This document shows positions 27,801-38,552 of a DNA stretch of 64,000 nucleotides, in pieces. Source of the stretch: Mizuhopecten yessoensis (taxonomy: Eukaryota). The position numbers were made by a program, and so were the translations under genes. Position 1 is the first letter of the stretch; every line of letters starts with the position of its first letter. The stretch covers positions 167,441 to 231,440 of the forward strand of contig NW_018405506.1 in the NCBI RefSeq assembly GCF_002113885.1. Direction: 5' to 3'. Under the pieces are notes generated by a model that had not been told where the DNA came from, ran no database searches, and saw only the letters and a program-made list of their open reading frames with translations.

Positions 27801-30800
27801 TAAGACTAGTTTGATCATTCTTGACAAAATAAATTAAAAGTCTATTCTTGACAAAATAATAAATTAAAAGTCTATTCTTGACAAAATAAATTAAAAGTCT
27901 ATCTGAAGGAAATTATAGTTGTCATTTTACCAGTAATCAAAGGTTAAGATAAACATAAATGCTGAACAAAAATGTTCATTTCCACTTTAGAATCGCCGAC
28001 TTTCGTAAAGCCAATGGAGACGATGAAGGTGACTTCGGTAGGGGATACCGCTGTGTTGGAGTGTATGGCCGCAGGAAGTCCTGCTCCAAGTCTATCCTGG
28101 CTTAAAAATGACCAGCCTTTAAAGGAAAGTCAGCGCTACTTCTTCACCGCCGGTAACCAGCTACTTATTATTGTACAGACCGAGAGGAGCGATCACGGAA
28201 GCTACACATGTGTCATGTCTAATACTCTTGGTAAAGAGACTGGATCCACTAACCTGCGCGTAATCCCCAAGAACCGCGGTGCTGTGACAGAAGTAAAGGG
28301 CGGCCAGCAAGGAAACAATGGTCCCAGCGATGAGTCGACAACAACAGGGATCATCATCATCGCTGTTGTCTGCTGCGTGGTGGGGACATCATTGGTGTGG
28401 GTAATTATCATCTACCAGACGAGGAAGCGACATGAAATGTACAGTGCTACACCCACAGATGAAACCACTCTCCCAGGCGAGATACCCAGCTCAGGGTATA
28501 CATCGTCTGAAAAAGAGGGAAGCTTTACTCAGCCAGTCCCGATGACAACACCAAACTTTCAGTACCACGACTACCAGATGAAGGAATCTGGGTACGAGTC
28601 ATCATCAGGACGTTTTCGGGCGGCAAGAGCGGCCATATTTCCAAGTGATGTAGATGAGGAAGATCATCAACAGTCAGTTCCTCTCACCTTGGGGGAACAC
28701 CAGCTGGGCTCTGATTCCCCAGGTAAGGCATCCTAATACTATTCAACTGTTTATATAATAATGCATAGAACTGTCAGCTCTTGATGGCATTTTAAATTCA
28801 TATTGATTTATACATGTTAAAAAAAATGATCTCTTATGTGATAATGAACTCATATTGATTTATAAGTGTAGTAAATGATTTTATGAGACAATTTGTTCAT
28901 ATTAGTTTGTAAAAGTGAAAAATGATTTTATGTTAAAAAACTGTTATATAGAGTGGCTTACATATTTTGGTTGGGATATAGGCAATATATGCAACAGTGA
29001 AGAACTATGACATTGATGTATGATTAAGATTTGAGATTAAAATAATAGTGATTCTTAAAGGTTATTTGGATCTATTTTGGGAAAATCTTATTCTACAGTG
29101 AAAACAGTCTTAAAAATATTTTCTTTTTTTCTTTCCAACAGAAAACAGTGTTTCAAGTTTACATTATCCAAACAGTGATGAAACAGACTCTTTAAAAAGT
29201 TCTCACAGTACAAACAGCACTCGTGCTAGTGATCAGCACACGTTACGGACATTCCACCCCGTACCCACAAACCACGACACGTTGTCGTCGTCACGGGTGT
29301 CAGCCAACGTGGACGCGAGTGGGGGTGGCTATTGTGAGGGGTGTGATCAGTGTCAGGGACTTACAAGTGGTGAAAGACAGAATTGTCACAGTGCTAATTA
29401 TAGACACTCTTTATATAATAGTCCACAGCAGAGTGGCATGCCGATTCACCATGGATCCCAGCCCCAGCCGCCAGGTGCCTCGCACCCCGGCATAGGTAAG
29501 GTCACAACATCATGTCCTGTTATAATTATTAGTACATCATATTTGAGTTTGGTTCAAGTATCACACAATGCTGTCAATAGCGAACATTCGTTTCATTGCT
29601 ATCATGTAAACCTCAGACCATGCACATTCAATAGAATAAATGTCACTCTTGACCTGTCGTGTCTTAACATACTGAGAGTTGAAAAAAGTATAACTTCAAT
29701 TGGTTTTTGAAATTCTCCAAAATTTACTGATGGTGTGGGACCAATGATCATGTATTAAGCGATGTATAGTGAAAAATTTATGATTGGATATCAGGAGTTT
29801 CATATGCATCACAGGTATTTGTTTTCCTTAAAGTGTACAGTACATTAGTGTATTATAAGATAACAGGGCTAAGTTCCCGAGATAATTCCCTGTACAGGAG
29901 ACACATAACAGAAGTATAGGTACGTTTCTGGTGACCATGCTTTACAGACAAGGGGATACGTTGATGTGAACTGGTTATTAAACCTGCTCTTTTTATCACA
30001 TTACAGATTACCAAGTTGAAGATGCTGTTTGTGATAGTCAACACAATGTTTGCAATTGTCGCTGTACATCCCCTGTACATAATAATTCCCCCATCCCAGT
30101 ACCAAGCAATTCTACAGGTAAGCTGTCTCTTCTAGACTTCAGATAGAAAGTGAAACAAATCTACTGACCGCATTATCGTTCAAGGTTCAATGTACCTTCA
30201 CATTTATTTTAAGAATTCCTGTTGAAGGAAAGTTGATGATTGTTTTTATTACTGTTTCATAAGGATGATTTTTAATGATTATTTCATTAAACTAGTTATG
30301 TTTTCACACAAAATTTCCTAAAAATGTGAAAATCTCAATTTTATTTAAGTAAAATACCGGTTTTAGTGAATCGAATTGAAATCACGAAAAACAAATCTGT
30401 CACCAATGTCTCTAAATTATTTTTCATTACTTGCAGTGTGTCATCATGTTATGAAATCACCATCACCAACCCCACCACATCATGGCGTGCCTCCACATGT
30501 GGTACCAAATATACCCAATCCATATAGCCACCAAAACCCATCTCTACTCAATACTCATGACTGTCAGGTGTGTGCTAATAATAAACCGTCGCTGTCACGA
30601 AACGTGGCCAAGGACTCGAATCATCATAACAATTACAAGGAAGTGTTAGTTGTTGGTGGTACTCATCGAACGAGCAGTGGAGCCATAGACAAAATCCCCC
30701 CCGTCATTCCGCCAAAGCACAGACGTTCACAATCGTCGTCGCATTCAAAAGCGAATGGCGTCACACAAAATGGCACTTTAAAATCTTTAGATGGGAAAAC

Positions 30801-30813
30801 AGTGGATGTGTAG
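438..30813 (+). CDS. LRIG: LRIG-family protein (leucine-rich repeats and Ig-like domains), 5'-partial spliced CDS: join(438..509,1244..1381,4766..4909,9348..9491,9912..9983,15064..15135,21784..21927,22671..22895,24271..24434,25285..25424,25640..25814,26265..26543,27991..28722,29142..29495,30007..30117,30437..30813)
   Basis: All exons have AG/GT boundaries and compatible phases; 3343 nt = 1 nt + 1114 codons including the TAG. LRIG hallmark segments: [90 protein letters not shown]. Paralog number cannot be assigned for an invertebrate. Confidence 0.95.
1244..1381 (+). CDS. LRIG: LRIG exon (2 LRRs: NHNRIHTL...[28 protein letters not shown])
   Basis: caacag acceptor, gtaagt donor, 138 nt, phase 2-2. 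Confidence 0.9.
4766..4909 (+). CDS. LRIG: LRIG exon (2 LRRs: [48 protein letters not shown])
   Basis: ttttacag acceptor, gtaagt donor, 144 nt. Confidence 0.92.
5875..5965. mobile_element. ~90-bp TTAA-flanked MITE, copy 1 (piggyBac-like ends)
   Basis: ttaaccctttcacc...ggtggaagggtgaa; homologous to 38406-38497 and 44383-44473. Confidence 0.65.
7316..8805. repeat. Intronic minisatellite, 34-bp unit (gaatcactgtacacacaggacaacagaataaagg) with 33-bp variants
   Basis: About 40 tandem copies; homogeneous core ~7470-7890, degenerate edges. Confidence 0.95.
8860..9216. repeat. Minisatellite, ~31-bp unit (catcagggcttgtcacatgatcatagggaaa)
   Basis: About 11 degenerate tandem copies. Confidence 0.9.
9348..9491 (+). 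CDS. LRIG: LRIG exon (2 LRRs: [48 protein letters not shown])
   Basis: tttcacag acceptor, gtaagt donor, 144 nt; LMDGAF is typical of LRIG. Confidence 0.93.
9912..9983 (+). CDS. LRIG: LRIG exon (LRR: [24 protein letters not shown])
   Basis: ttttacag acceptor, gtaagt donor, 72 nt. Confidence 0.92.
14939..14976. repeat. (TACA)n microsatellite
   Basis: Read directly from the sequence. Confidence 0.9.
15064..15135 (+). CDS. LRIG: LRIG exon (LRR: [24 protein letters not shown])
   Basis: long polypyrimidine tract plus tag acceptor, gtaagt donor, 72 nt. Confidence 0.9.
15333..15496. repeat. AT-rich nested inverted-repeat cluster containing a perfect 68-bp palindrome (15393-15460)
   Basis: Motif atcttaattagtaatatttag recurs in both orientations; palindrome centre aga|tct at 15426/15427. 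Confidence 0.85.
21784..21927 (+). CDS. LRIG: LRIG exon (2 LRRs: [48 protein letters not shown])
   Basis: tttttgtag acceptor, gtaagt donor, 144 nt; inside ORF 21683..21931. Confidence 0.95.
22151..22512. mobile_element. MITE with GGCCAAAAAAAA TIRs and TAA target duplication (PIF/Harbinger-like)
   Basis: taa|ggccaaaaaaaaaa..tctgtttagggtt ... aaccctaaacaga..ttttttttttggcc|taa. Confidence 0.75.
22671..22895 (+). CDS. LRIG: LRIG exon (3 LRRs, [18 protein letters not shown]...)
   Basis: caacag acceptor, gtaaga donor, 225 nt; overlaps ORF 22711..22899. Confidence 0.95.
24271..24434 (+). CDS. LRIG: LRIG exon (LRRCT cap: [16 protein letters not shown]...CAHP...FKC)
   Basis: ctttcag acceptor, gtaagt donor, 164 nt, phase 2-1, four-Cys LRRCT pattern. 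Confidence 0.95.
24983..25228 (+). mobile_element. Short decayed Helentron/HINE-like element
   Basis: 5' ttatgccccc...ggggg, then gtcc-like microsatellite, 3' ggggggtat...cttgttt. Confidence 0.4.
25285..25424 (+). CDS. LRIG: LRIG exon (Ig1 N-half: [30 protein letters not shown]...FSWKKNNM)
   Basis: ccttcag acceptor, gtaggc donor, 140 nt, phase 1-0. Confidence 0.92.
25640..25814 (+). CDS. LRIG: LRIG exon (Ig1 C-half: ...[18 protein letters not shown]...)
   Basis: gtacag acceptor, gtacgt donor, 175 nt, DxGxYxC motif. Confidence 0.93.
26265..26543 (+). CDS. LRIG: LRIG exon (Ig2)
   Basis: tttttcag acceptor, gtaggt donor, 279 nt, phase 1-1; inside ORF 26264..26563. Confidence 0.95.
26505..27678 (+). 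repeat. 68-bp tandem array derived from the LRIG Ig2 exon 3' end plus splice donor; 14 intronic copies, three of which carry two extra 25-bp sub-repeats
   Basis: Unit caggcatgatcagcgccaacgctacactgagagtgttgggtaggctgagtgggcagtaaggtcttaac starts at 26505 (in exon), 26573, 26641 ... 27557. Confidence 0.95.
27991..28722 (+). CDS. LRIG: LRIG exon (Ig3, transmembrane helix, juxtamembrane cytoplasmic region)
   Basis: ctttag acceptor, gtaagg donor, 732 nt; inside ORF 27972..28736. Confidence 0.95.
29142..29495 (+). CDS. LRIG: LRIG exon (cytoplasmic tail)
   Basis: polypyrimidine tract plus caacag acceptor, gtaagg donor, 354 nt, open phase 1-1 frame. Confidence 0.8.
30007..30117 (+). CDS. LRIG: LRIG probable exon (cytoplasmic, [37 protein letters not shown]), skippable without frameshift
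   Basis: ttacag acceptor, cag|gtaagc donor, 111 nt, open frame, phase 1-1. Confidence 0.65.
30437..30813 (+). CDS. LRIG: LRIG terminal coding exon ending ...LDGKTVDV*
   Basis: cttgcag acceptor in phase 1; open frame to TAG (ORF 30376..30813). Confidence 0.8.
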
Positions 30814-33800
30814 TGGTTAGTTTGTTGACAAGTAGGTACCCATCAGCATAATAATGACGTCAGGGTCTGGACGTTCAACGGTGTGAAGGGTTCCCGGACG
30901 CTGGTGTTCACCAACGGGAAGGATTCGAAATGCTGATGTTCAAAAGTGTGAAAGGATTGGGACGCTGATGATCAACAGTGCGAGGATTCGAGACACTGAC
31001 GTCTGACAGCATGAAGAGTTCGGAACGTTGATGTTCAGCAGCGTGACGGAGTCGGAACACTATATTCAAGTTTCTGTGATTTGTGTAACAAGCCAAAGCT
31101 TTATATCTTGTGACCCGCCCAGGAGGGGTGGGTGGTACTGTTGTGTGACCATCAGTAGGCCACAGGGACTATACCTTGTGACCCGCCCAGGAGGGGTGGG
31201 TGGTACTGTTGTGTTGTGTGACCTTCAGTAGGCCGCAGGGAGAAACATTTATTATTATTATGATTATTTGTATACTTTGATATGTTTTTGTGTACATTGA
31301 CGACAAAAAATGGAGAATGAGATGAAACGGGTAAATTATTCAGTTTGATACTGCTTCCTATATATCCTGTAACCTCAACACCTACTTTATTACAAGTGAG
31401 GCGAGGAAAGAATTACAGGATAAACAACAGGCTTCTTTCAGTATTAACTAAAATAATGGAAAATGAATGAAATTGGGTGCAAGCTTTAAGGAATCAGAAT
31501 TCCAAATCCTAATAGATATCTCTCTTTTTTGTCACAACCGAATCAGTTTCATGTTTATGGTATTAGTTTTGTAAAAGTAGAAGTAAATTCAAACACTTTA
31601 AAATGGTGAACTGCCAAAATTAATTGCAACAAAAACAATGTGGTGAAATGTTCTCTTGAGACCAAAAATTGCATTAATGCTTTTTATTTATTCAGTATAG
31701 GTGCTATGTAATGCATCTACCGGTTTTAAAATGGCATTGTTCATTTATTGAAACCTATTTATGATACAGCCTCAAGGTTTAAGGCCTATTTCCCATCTCT
31801 CGATTACTTGTGTACGGAATTGTATCATACTATTTTGTATAGCCAATAATGTTTTAAAGCTTGCAATGTGTACAAATTTTGTTCTCATTGTAAATAATCA
31901 GACGGAACATACCTCATGCAAATCCATTGTTCCATGTGAGCGTTTTTGTTTTGTAGACTTAATTATTACAGTGTATAAAGTTAGTGTGTTAGACGATTGT
32001 TTGTGAAAGTGTACTGTACTGTGTGACTCACAGTACTTATAAGGGGAACGTAACCAGTGTAGGATTGTATGTGAGAGTGTACTCTGTGTGAATCGCGGTA
32101 ATAACATATCGGAAACGTAACCGGTTTATGATTGCAATTTTGTGTGTGAATGTCACATCCTTGTTCTATAGAATGACCACATCACACCTTCGTTGACCGA
32201 TATGGAATGCAATGACCTTGACATGAAAAGTTTTTGTTTTTTTCTAAAATTGAATATATTTACTGTTTCTTTGTTTAGGAAACATGATATACAATAGTAT
32301 ATGCATTGAATCTTCGTCAAAACGTTCTGATAAATCTAATCTTACTTAGTGTCGTATGGTTTCAGTTGTCATTTTAATTTATTACACTGAAGTAATTGAG
32401 TATAAAGGTATAGTGTTCCATGATGTGGAGGTTCTATAAAACAAAGACTGGACCCATAGAGTGGATGAAATACATAATGACCGGAAGTGATCAAGTAAGG
32501 TGTTAGAACCAGGTCATTGAAGTGTTAGACCCAGGTCTTCCTGTCGTCATTGAAGTGTTAGACCCTGGTCTTCTTGGGGTCCTGTCTGGCACAATGGAGG
32601 TCAATACTAGATGTTATCAGAGTCTGACTTCTATAGAAATTTAACATGGATTTGTTGTCTTTTGGGATGAAACCAATTCAGAAACAGATTTTAAAGTAAC
32701 AGCACACCATTGATACTTAGAAAATTAAAATATTGGTTATGTTTAAAATACGAAATTGAAAAAACTTAACAGCATATATTTGAATATTGAAATTTTGATT
32801 ATGTTTAAATTCAAATTAAAAAGAAAACTTAACAACATATTGCTATAGTGAATAATTTCAAAAGTTGTTAATTCTCAAGTGCTTTTGTATGTGGTTAATT
32901 TATAACCAAACAAACCTGGGTGACTAGAGATTGTGTGAGGGTATAAATGTGTGTGTGGAGCGTACATGTGGTTGGTGTAAATGCCCTGTAGGCCAAGTGT
33001 GTTGTGGTTACTCCTCGTCGATAGGCCAGTCAGTTGTGGTATTTCCTCGTCTAGGTGCTGTTAGCTAAGCGTTAGACATTTTACACGTAAATATCACTAG
33101 TATATATATATATATGTATGCCCAAGAAATCCAATTTTGTGTCACAAATCTGTATCACAGTCGTATTGTATGGTATTAATCTTTGATTTGGTCTATTTAA
33201 AAATATATTCCTATACCTTGAAATAAAACCACACTTGGTTTTCAATAATGTAGTATTTTATACTTTGACTTCCACAATAGCCATAAATTAAACAAATCAA
33301 ATGTTCTGGCACTTAAAATGTTACAGTGTATATGTTTGCTTTGTAATATTGAAAAGTCACAAATTAATTTATCTGTTTACCTGAATTATCATCAAAATTT
33401 GTTGTGCAGTACCTGTATGTATGTTTTCTGTGTGATGATATAAGGGAAAGTATAGGTTAAGTTCCTATATAGGGTGAAATTATCACTACTTAATATAATT
33501 ACAGGTGAGAAAAAATGGCAAAAATCATTTCCAATCTTTAACACATGATATTTGTATTAATTTGTTGGCAATATGTTTACTGTGCAAGGTAGAATCATTG
33601 AATTCTAAATCTGATAAAACAACGATCATGAACTGATTGAAGTAAGCTAGAGCAAAGAAAAATATTTGTTGAGCATGCACAGTTACTTTATATATGAGAA
33701 TATCAGTAATTGATAAAAAAAATCTTAACAAGTTTGAAAACTGCTGTAAAAAATGTCTTAAAAACACATACTGCTACAACTGTTGTTGAAAACAAGATGG

Positions 33801-35156
33801 TCTCAGGTATAAAATATTAAAAGCATATGACAACATTTGATAGAAACAGTATGAAGATTTTCTTTAAATGTTGGATACCCAATACTCAATGATATTAACA
33901 TTAGTATTTTTGTCACAAAGAATGTCATTTTTCACATTGACGATTTCACACTAAAAAGGTTGTAGATATATATAGGTATGACACTGAAGTTTTACATGAT
34001 GTATTATTATAATTTTTGATATACAATTTAAATTTACTGCTTCATTTTTCACATTTTCGAAATTTCATACATGTGCATTTTTACAGAAAATATGTATAAA
34101 GAATTAAAATGGTTGTTTTTTTCCCAATTTTACCTTATGTAATTGAATATTTATTAGAGTAATGAGATGTTAATCTCTGAAAGAATTTAAATGTGTCATG
34201 CCCAAATCCCACCCTGTTAACCAGAATGTCACAACCTAGTATTTTATATATATGCCTGCATGCACTAGTTATCGGCTCTCATTATCATGAGTAAAAAAGT
34301 AAATTCTAATATTTATTAGAAATTTGTGCCGTTTAAATTGATCCTAACTTTTATGTTGAAATATTTTTCTTTTAATCTGCATTTAAAATATCTTTTTAAA
34401 CCAAGATAATTATAAAATGAAGTTTCATTTAACTATTTGATATTTAAAAAAATAATTTGTATTCATGTATTCAAAATGAAATGTAGACAAATGGTAACAG
34501 ATTTTAAGAAAACTCAAGTCCGGGTTTATCAGACTATGAAAGACTTTCTTAGACAGCTTCGTGTTGTGATTGTTTCTTGGACTGTCATTACTATATCCAG
34601 TCCCTATAAACTGATCATTCTGTAGTTATCTCCCTTGACGATCACTCAGATTGAAATTTTTATGGTAAAATTATTGATATGCAAAGTGATGTTTCAACAT
34701 GAAGCCCTTTGATCTGATGCTTTGTTGTAAATGACCAGAAAGGTTATTCATTTCAAAATGGCAGAACAAGTTGGTTGTAATCATTTTGCTTAATTTCAAA
34801 ATTTCTGATTGTTTCAAAAAGGAAGTGATAATCTAACTATATCATAAATTAACAAATATTTTACAATTTGGTATAGTATGCCCCTCCTGTCTGTTATGTG
34901 TGTGATTCAGTTTCCATTAATCCATACCTGTCACTTGTTGACTCTCATGTTTAACATGGGTAGTCTCGGTGTGTCATTGTTTACTTCTGTGTATGGCCAG
35001 GTATTACGTGTGTAGTCAAGGCACTAGTAATTCACACTGTTGCATGGAAGCTGAACCATTTTAATTTATTAAAGATGTAAACATGTTATTAATGTGGGTT
35101 GTGTGCGAGTCAGAATGAAGCATTATATTTGTACAGAATATTTGAGAAAATGATAA

Positions 35157-35162
35157 AATAAA
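35157..35162 (+). terminator. Candidate LRIG poly(A) signal AATAAA (another candidate at 33222-33227)
   Basis: Hexamer followed by a GT/T-rich tract, just before the repeat-dense intergenic block begins. Confidence 0.3.
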
Positions 35163-35202
35163 ATACCAGAATATGAAATCTTATGAGCTTGTTTTGATGT
35201 TT

Positions 35203-35690
35203 TTTTAGCTCCCCTGGCACCAAAGTGCCGATGAGTTTATGTGGTGGTGCTGTCTCTGTGGTCTGTCAAACCTTTGTATGTCCTTCAGTACTTTCCTTGA
35301 ACAAATTTCTCAAATCAGTTTGCTTGAATGAATTACCTTGACCCACTTTTAAGTCATAAGGGTAAAATGTGATACCCTGAATAACCAAGAGGCCTGTGCT
35401 TATGATATTTTGCTGTTGTAACAATTGATGAAATGCTATCAAGTTTGAATGATTTTGACTCGTGTTTAAGTTAATGGGTCAAATGTGTTAAAACTTTTAA
35501 ATAAATAACCAAGAGTCCTAGGGTTATGAAAGTTAGCCAGTATTCTTGGATGAAGGCTGATCAAGTTTGTTAAAATGAATTTCCCTTGGCCCACTTTTAA
35601 GTTTACAGGTCATAGGGGCAAGATATGTTCAAAACTTTTGAATAAGCAAGATGCCTGGAATAAGGATAAGGGAGACATTGTATTGGTACT
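35203..35690 (+). mobile_element. Decayed HINE-like element
   Basis: ttttttagctcccctgg 5' end followed by degenerate internal repeats. Confidence 0.4.
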
Positions 35691-35860
35691 GGATTCTCTT
35701 ATATAATCTTGCCTTGACCATTGAACCATAGCTGCAATACCCCAATGAGGTGTGCACTGCACTGTTATTAGCTCACCTTGGTCCTTCGGCCATACCGTTC
35801 GTCAACAATTTCTTTTTCTTAACCACTGATTGGAATTCAACTCAATTTGGCTATATTGCT

Positions 35861-35951
35861 TTAACTCATTCACCCCTGAAGACACATTTGAACTCCTCCA
35901 ATTCAAAGGTTGGAATAGTTCATTATGAAATTTCAGGGGTGAATGAGTTAA
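35861..35951. mobile_element. ~90-bp MITE flanked by TTAA, nested in the HINE
   Basis: Perfect 20-bp IR ttaactcattcacccctgaa / ttcaggggtgaatgagttaa; the empty site gctttaagcg is present in neighbouring array units. Confidence 0.75.
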
Positions 35952-37341
35952 AGCGACTTCTTCTCTGGAACTAAGAAGTGGATATCAACCATATTTGACT
36001 GGAAGCATCCCTAGGTGGTGGGGATTCAAAATTGTACAAATGGTGGGGCTGACCCCCCAGGAGGCTGAGGGGTGGGGCCAAAAGTGGGTAATTTGGCTAT
36101 ATTGCTACCAACAACTTCTTCTATAGAACTATGCACTGGTTATCAATCATATTTGATCAAAAGCATTCTTGGGAGGCAGGGATTCATAATTGTACAAATG
36201 GTTTGGCTGGCCCCCCAGGGGGCTGAGGGGTGGAACTAAGAGATGGATTTCAACCATATTTGACTGGAAGCATTCCTAGGTGGTGGAGATTAAAAATTGT
36301 ACAAATGGTGGGTCTGAGGGGCAGGGCCAAAAGTGGGCAATTTGGCTATATTGCTTTAAGCGATTTCTTTTCTGGAACTAAGTGATGGATATCAACCATA
36401 TTTGGCTGGAAGCATCCCTAGGTAGCGGTAATTCAAAATTGTACAAATGGTGGGGCTGACCCCCCAGGAGGCTGAGGGGTGGGGCCAAAAGTGGGTAATT
36501 TGGCTATATTGCTACCAACAACCTCTATAGAACTATGCACTGGTTATCAATCATATTTGATCAAAAGCATTCTTGGGAGGCAGGGATTCATAATTGTACA
36601 AATGGTTTGGCTGACCCCCCAGGGGGCTGAGGGGTGGAACTAAGAGATGGATATCAACCATATTTGACTGGAAGCATTCCTAGGTGGTGGAGATTAAAAA
36701 TTGTACAAATGGTGGGGCTGAGGGGCAGGGCCAAAAGTGGGAAATTTGGCTATATTGCTTTAAGCGATTTCTTTTCTGGAACTAAGTGATGGATATCAAC
36801 TATATTTGACTGGAAGCATCCCTAGGTAGNCAAATGACTTCTGTAGAACTGTGCACTGGATATCAATCATATTTGATCGAAAGCATTTATTGGAGGCAAG
36901 TATTCAAAATTGTACAAATGGTGTGGCTGACTTTGGCTATACTGCTTTAAGCATCTCTTCTCTGGAAGAAAGAGATGGATATCAACCATATTTGACAGGA
37001 AGCATCCCTAGGTGGTGGAGATTCAAAATTGTACAAATGGTGGGGCAAACTCCCTGGCTAAGGGGTGGGGCCCAAAAAAGTGTATTACTTGAAAATGGTT
37101 GAGATCCCTACCGTATAACCATATATACAATTGCTGAGTGTAAAGAGAAGAATGCACATTTGCTTCCAGGAGGGCCCTAGGGTTTGGCCCCATCCTTGGA
37201 GACATAGTCCCTGGGTCATAACATTGAAATGGTTAAGATCCCCACCCCAAAACTATATATATACAATTGTTGGGCATAAAGAGACGAATGCAGTCATGAT
37301 ATTAGAATTGATCTTGGGGTCTGGCCACAACCCTAGGGACC

Positions 37342-37892
37342 TACCGTCTAATTCCGTGGCCAAACTGAACTGTGAAATGACCTGTTTTGAAGTGACGTAA
37401 CCCAAGTCGCCATGATGAGCCCTTCTCACTGATCGTAATTATGATCAATAAAAGGTATCTAATTATGTCTTTCACCAGGAGATATGCACCAGCGGTTACT
37501 AAACATCGAATTACTCATTAATTGATATGTTTTTGTAAGCAAGTAAATGTTTTATGTAAAATATTGCTAAAATGAATTGATGTATGCCGATATGCGCACA
37601 CGTGTGTGTCATGTGTGATCAGATAATTCAAAGAAAACAAGCAACAAAATACACATTTTACGTAGTTTCCTCTTGGTTTTAAATATCATTTTACATCAAT
37701 GAAAAAAAATCATAGAAATATATTTAAAAAAAATATATTCAGAGATCGATTTTCGGAGCATGAACATCGTTTTTTTCCCAGATTTTTTGGGTGCGCAAAA
37801 TATTCGAGTAGAAGCCTTTTTCCCGATTTTCAGCCTAAAAAAGTACCTGCGCAAATTACATGGGAGCGCAAATTACATGGGTTTTTACGGTA
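37342..37892. mobile_element. Non-autonomous DNA transposon (Tc1/mariner/pogo-like ends, TA target) nested in the HINE
   Basis: taccgt...acggta ends; duplicated gcgcaaattacatggg near the right end; the flanks rejoin into a host repeat unit. Confidence 0.5.
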
Positions 37893-38405
37893 GTTTCTTA
37901 GTCACAACTTGGAAGCTGTTGAGATACCCACCCCATAACCATACATTAAATTGCTGGGCATAAAAAATCCAATACAGATATGCTACAAGGATTGGCCTTT
38001 GGGTCTGGCATATTCCCTTGGATCTCATTTGGAGAATATTTTGCCATGATTGATTAGATATCCAGGTGAGCGATAAGGCCCTCTGGGCCTCTTGTTAGGT
38101 AACTGAAGAATTGACCCCAGATCAAAGGTGCAAAATGCGAAATTTGGTCTGGACTATAACTTTAAAACTGTAAAAAGATGTTTTGATGAATTTGTAACTT
38201 TAACTCAGTCTAACTAGCACTGACTGAATGTGTACAATGCACTGTAACTATATCTCAATGACCTTCATCTTAAGGTCAAAGGTCAAATAAGTGAAATCTT
38301 GTCCATGCCATAACTTTTGAACTGTGAAAGATACCTTGATGAAACTCAAGTGTACCTGCATCACATACTGAAGGGGTTCAAAAGTATGTAGTAAGCTCAA
38401 TGACC

Positions 38406-38497
38406 TTAACCCTTTCACCCCTAGGTAACTTTAGTAGACCCTACCATACATTGATCTGGAGGAGTCCATTAGGGTCTACAGTGGTAAAAAGGGTTAA
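38406..38497. mobile_element. ~90-bp TTAA-flanked MITE, copy 2 (inverted relative to copy 1)
   Basis: ttaaccctttcacc...ggtaaaaagggttaa. Confidence 0.7.
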
Positions 38498-38552
38498 TCA
38501 CAAAGTACAAAGCAAGTATTGACCATGCCAGCTACAAAGCCTGGGCTACCAC

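Larger units (their letters stand above)
35765..38096 (+). mobile_element. Non-autonomous Helentron/HINE-like element with an internal tandem array and two nested insertions
   Basis: Sub-terminal IR gctcacct (35771) / aggtgagc (38064); 3' hairpin aggccc-tct-gggcct followed by cttgtt; internal repeats at 35950-37080 with a ~407-bp higher-order period. Confidence 0.75.

Noticed and set aside
30811-30828. Stop-codon readthrough of LRIG into the downstream repeats
   Set aside because: An in-frame TGA follows after four codons and there is no readthrough context.
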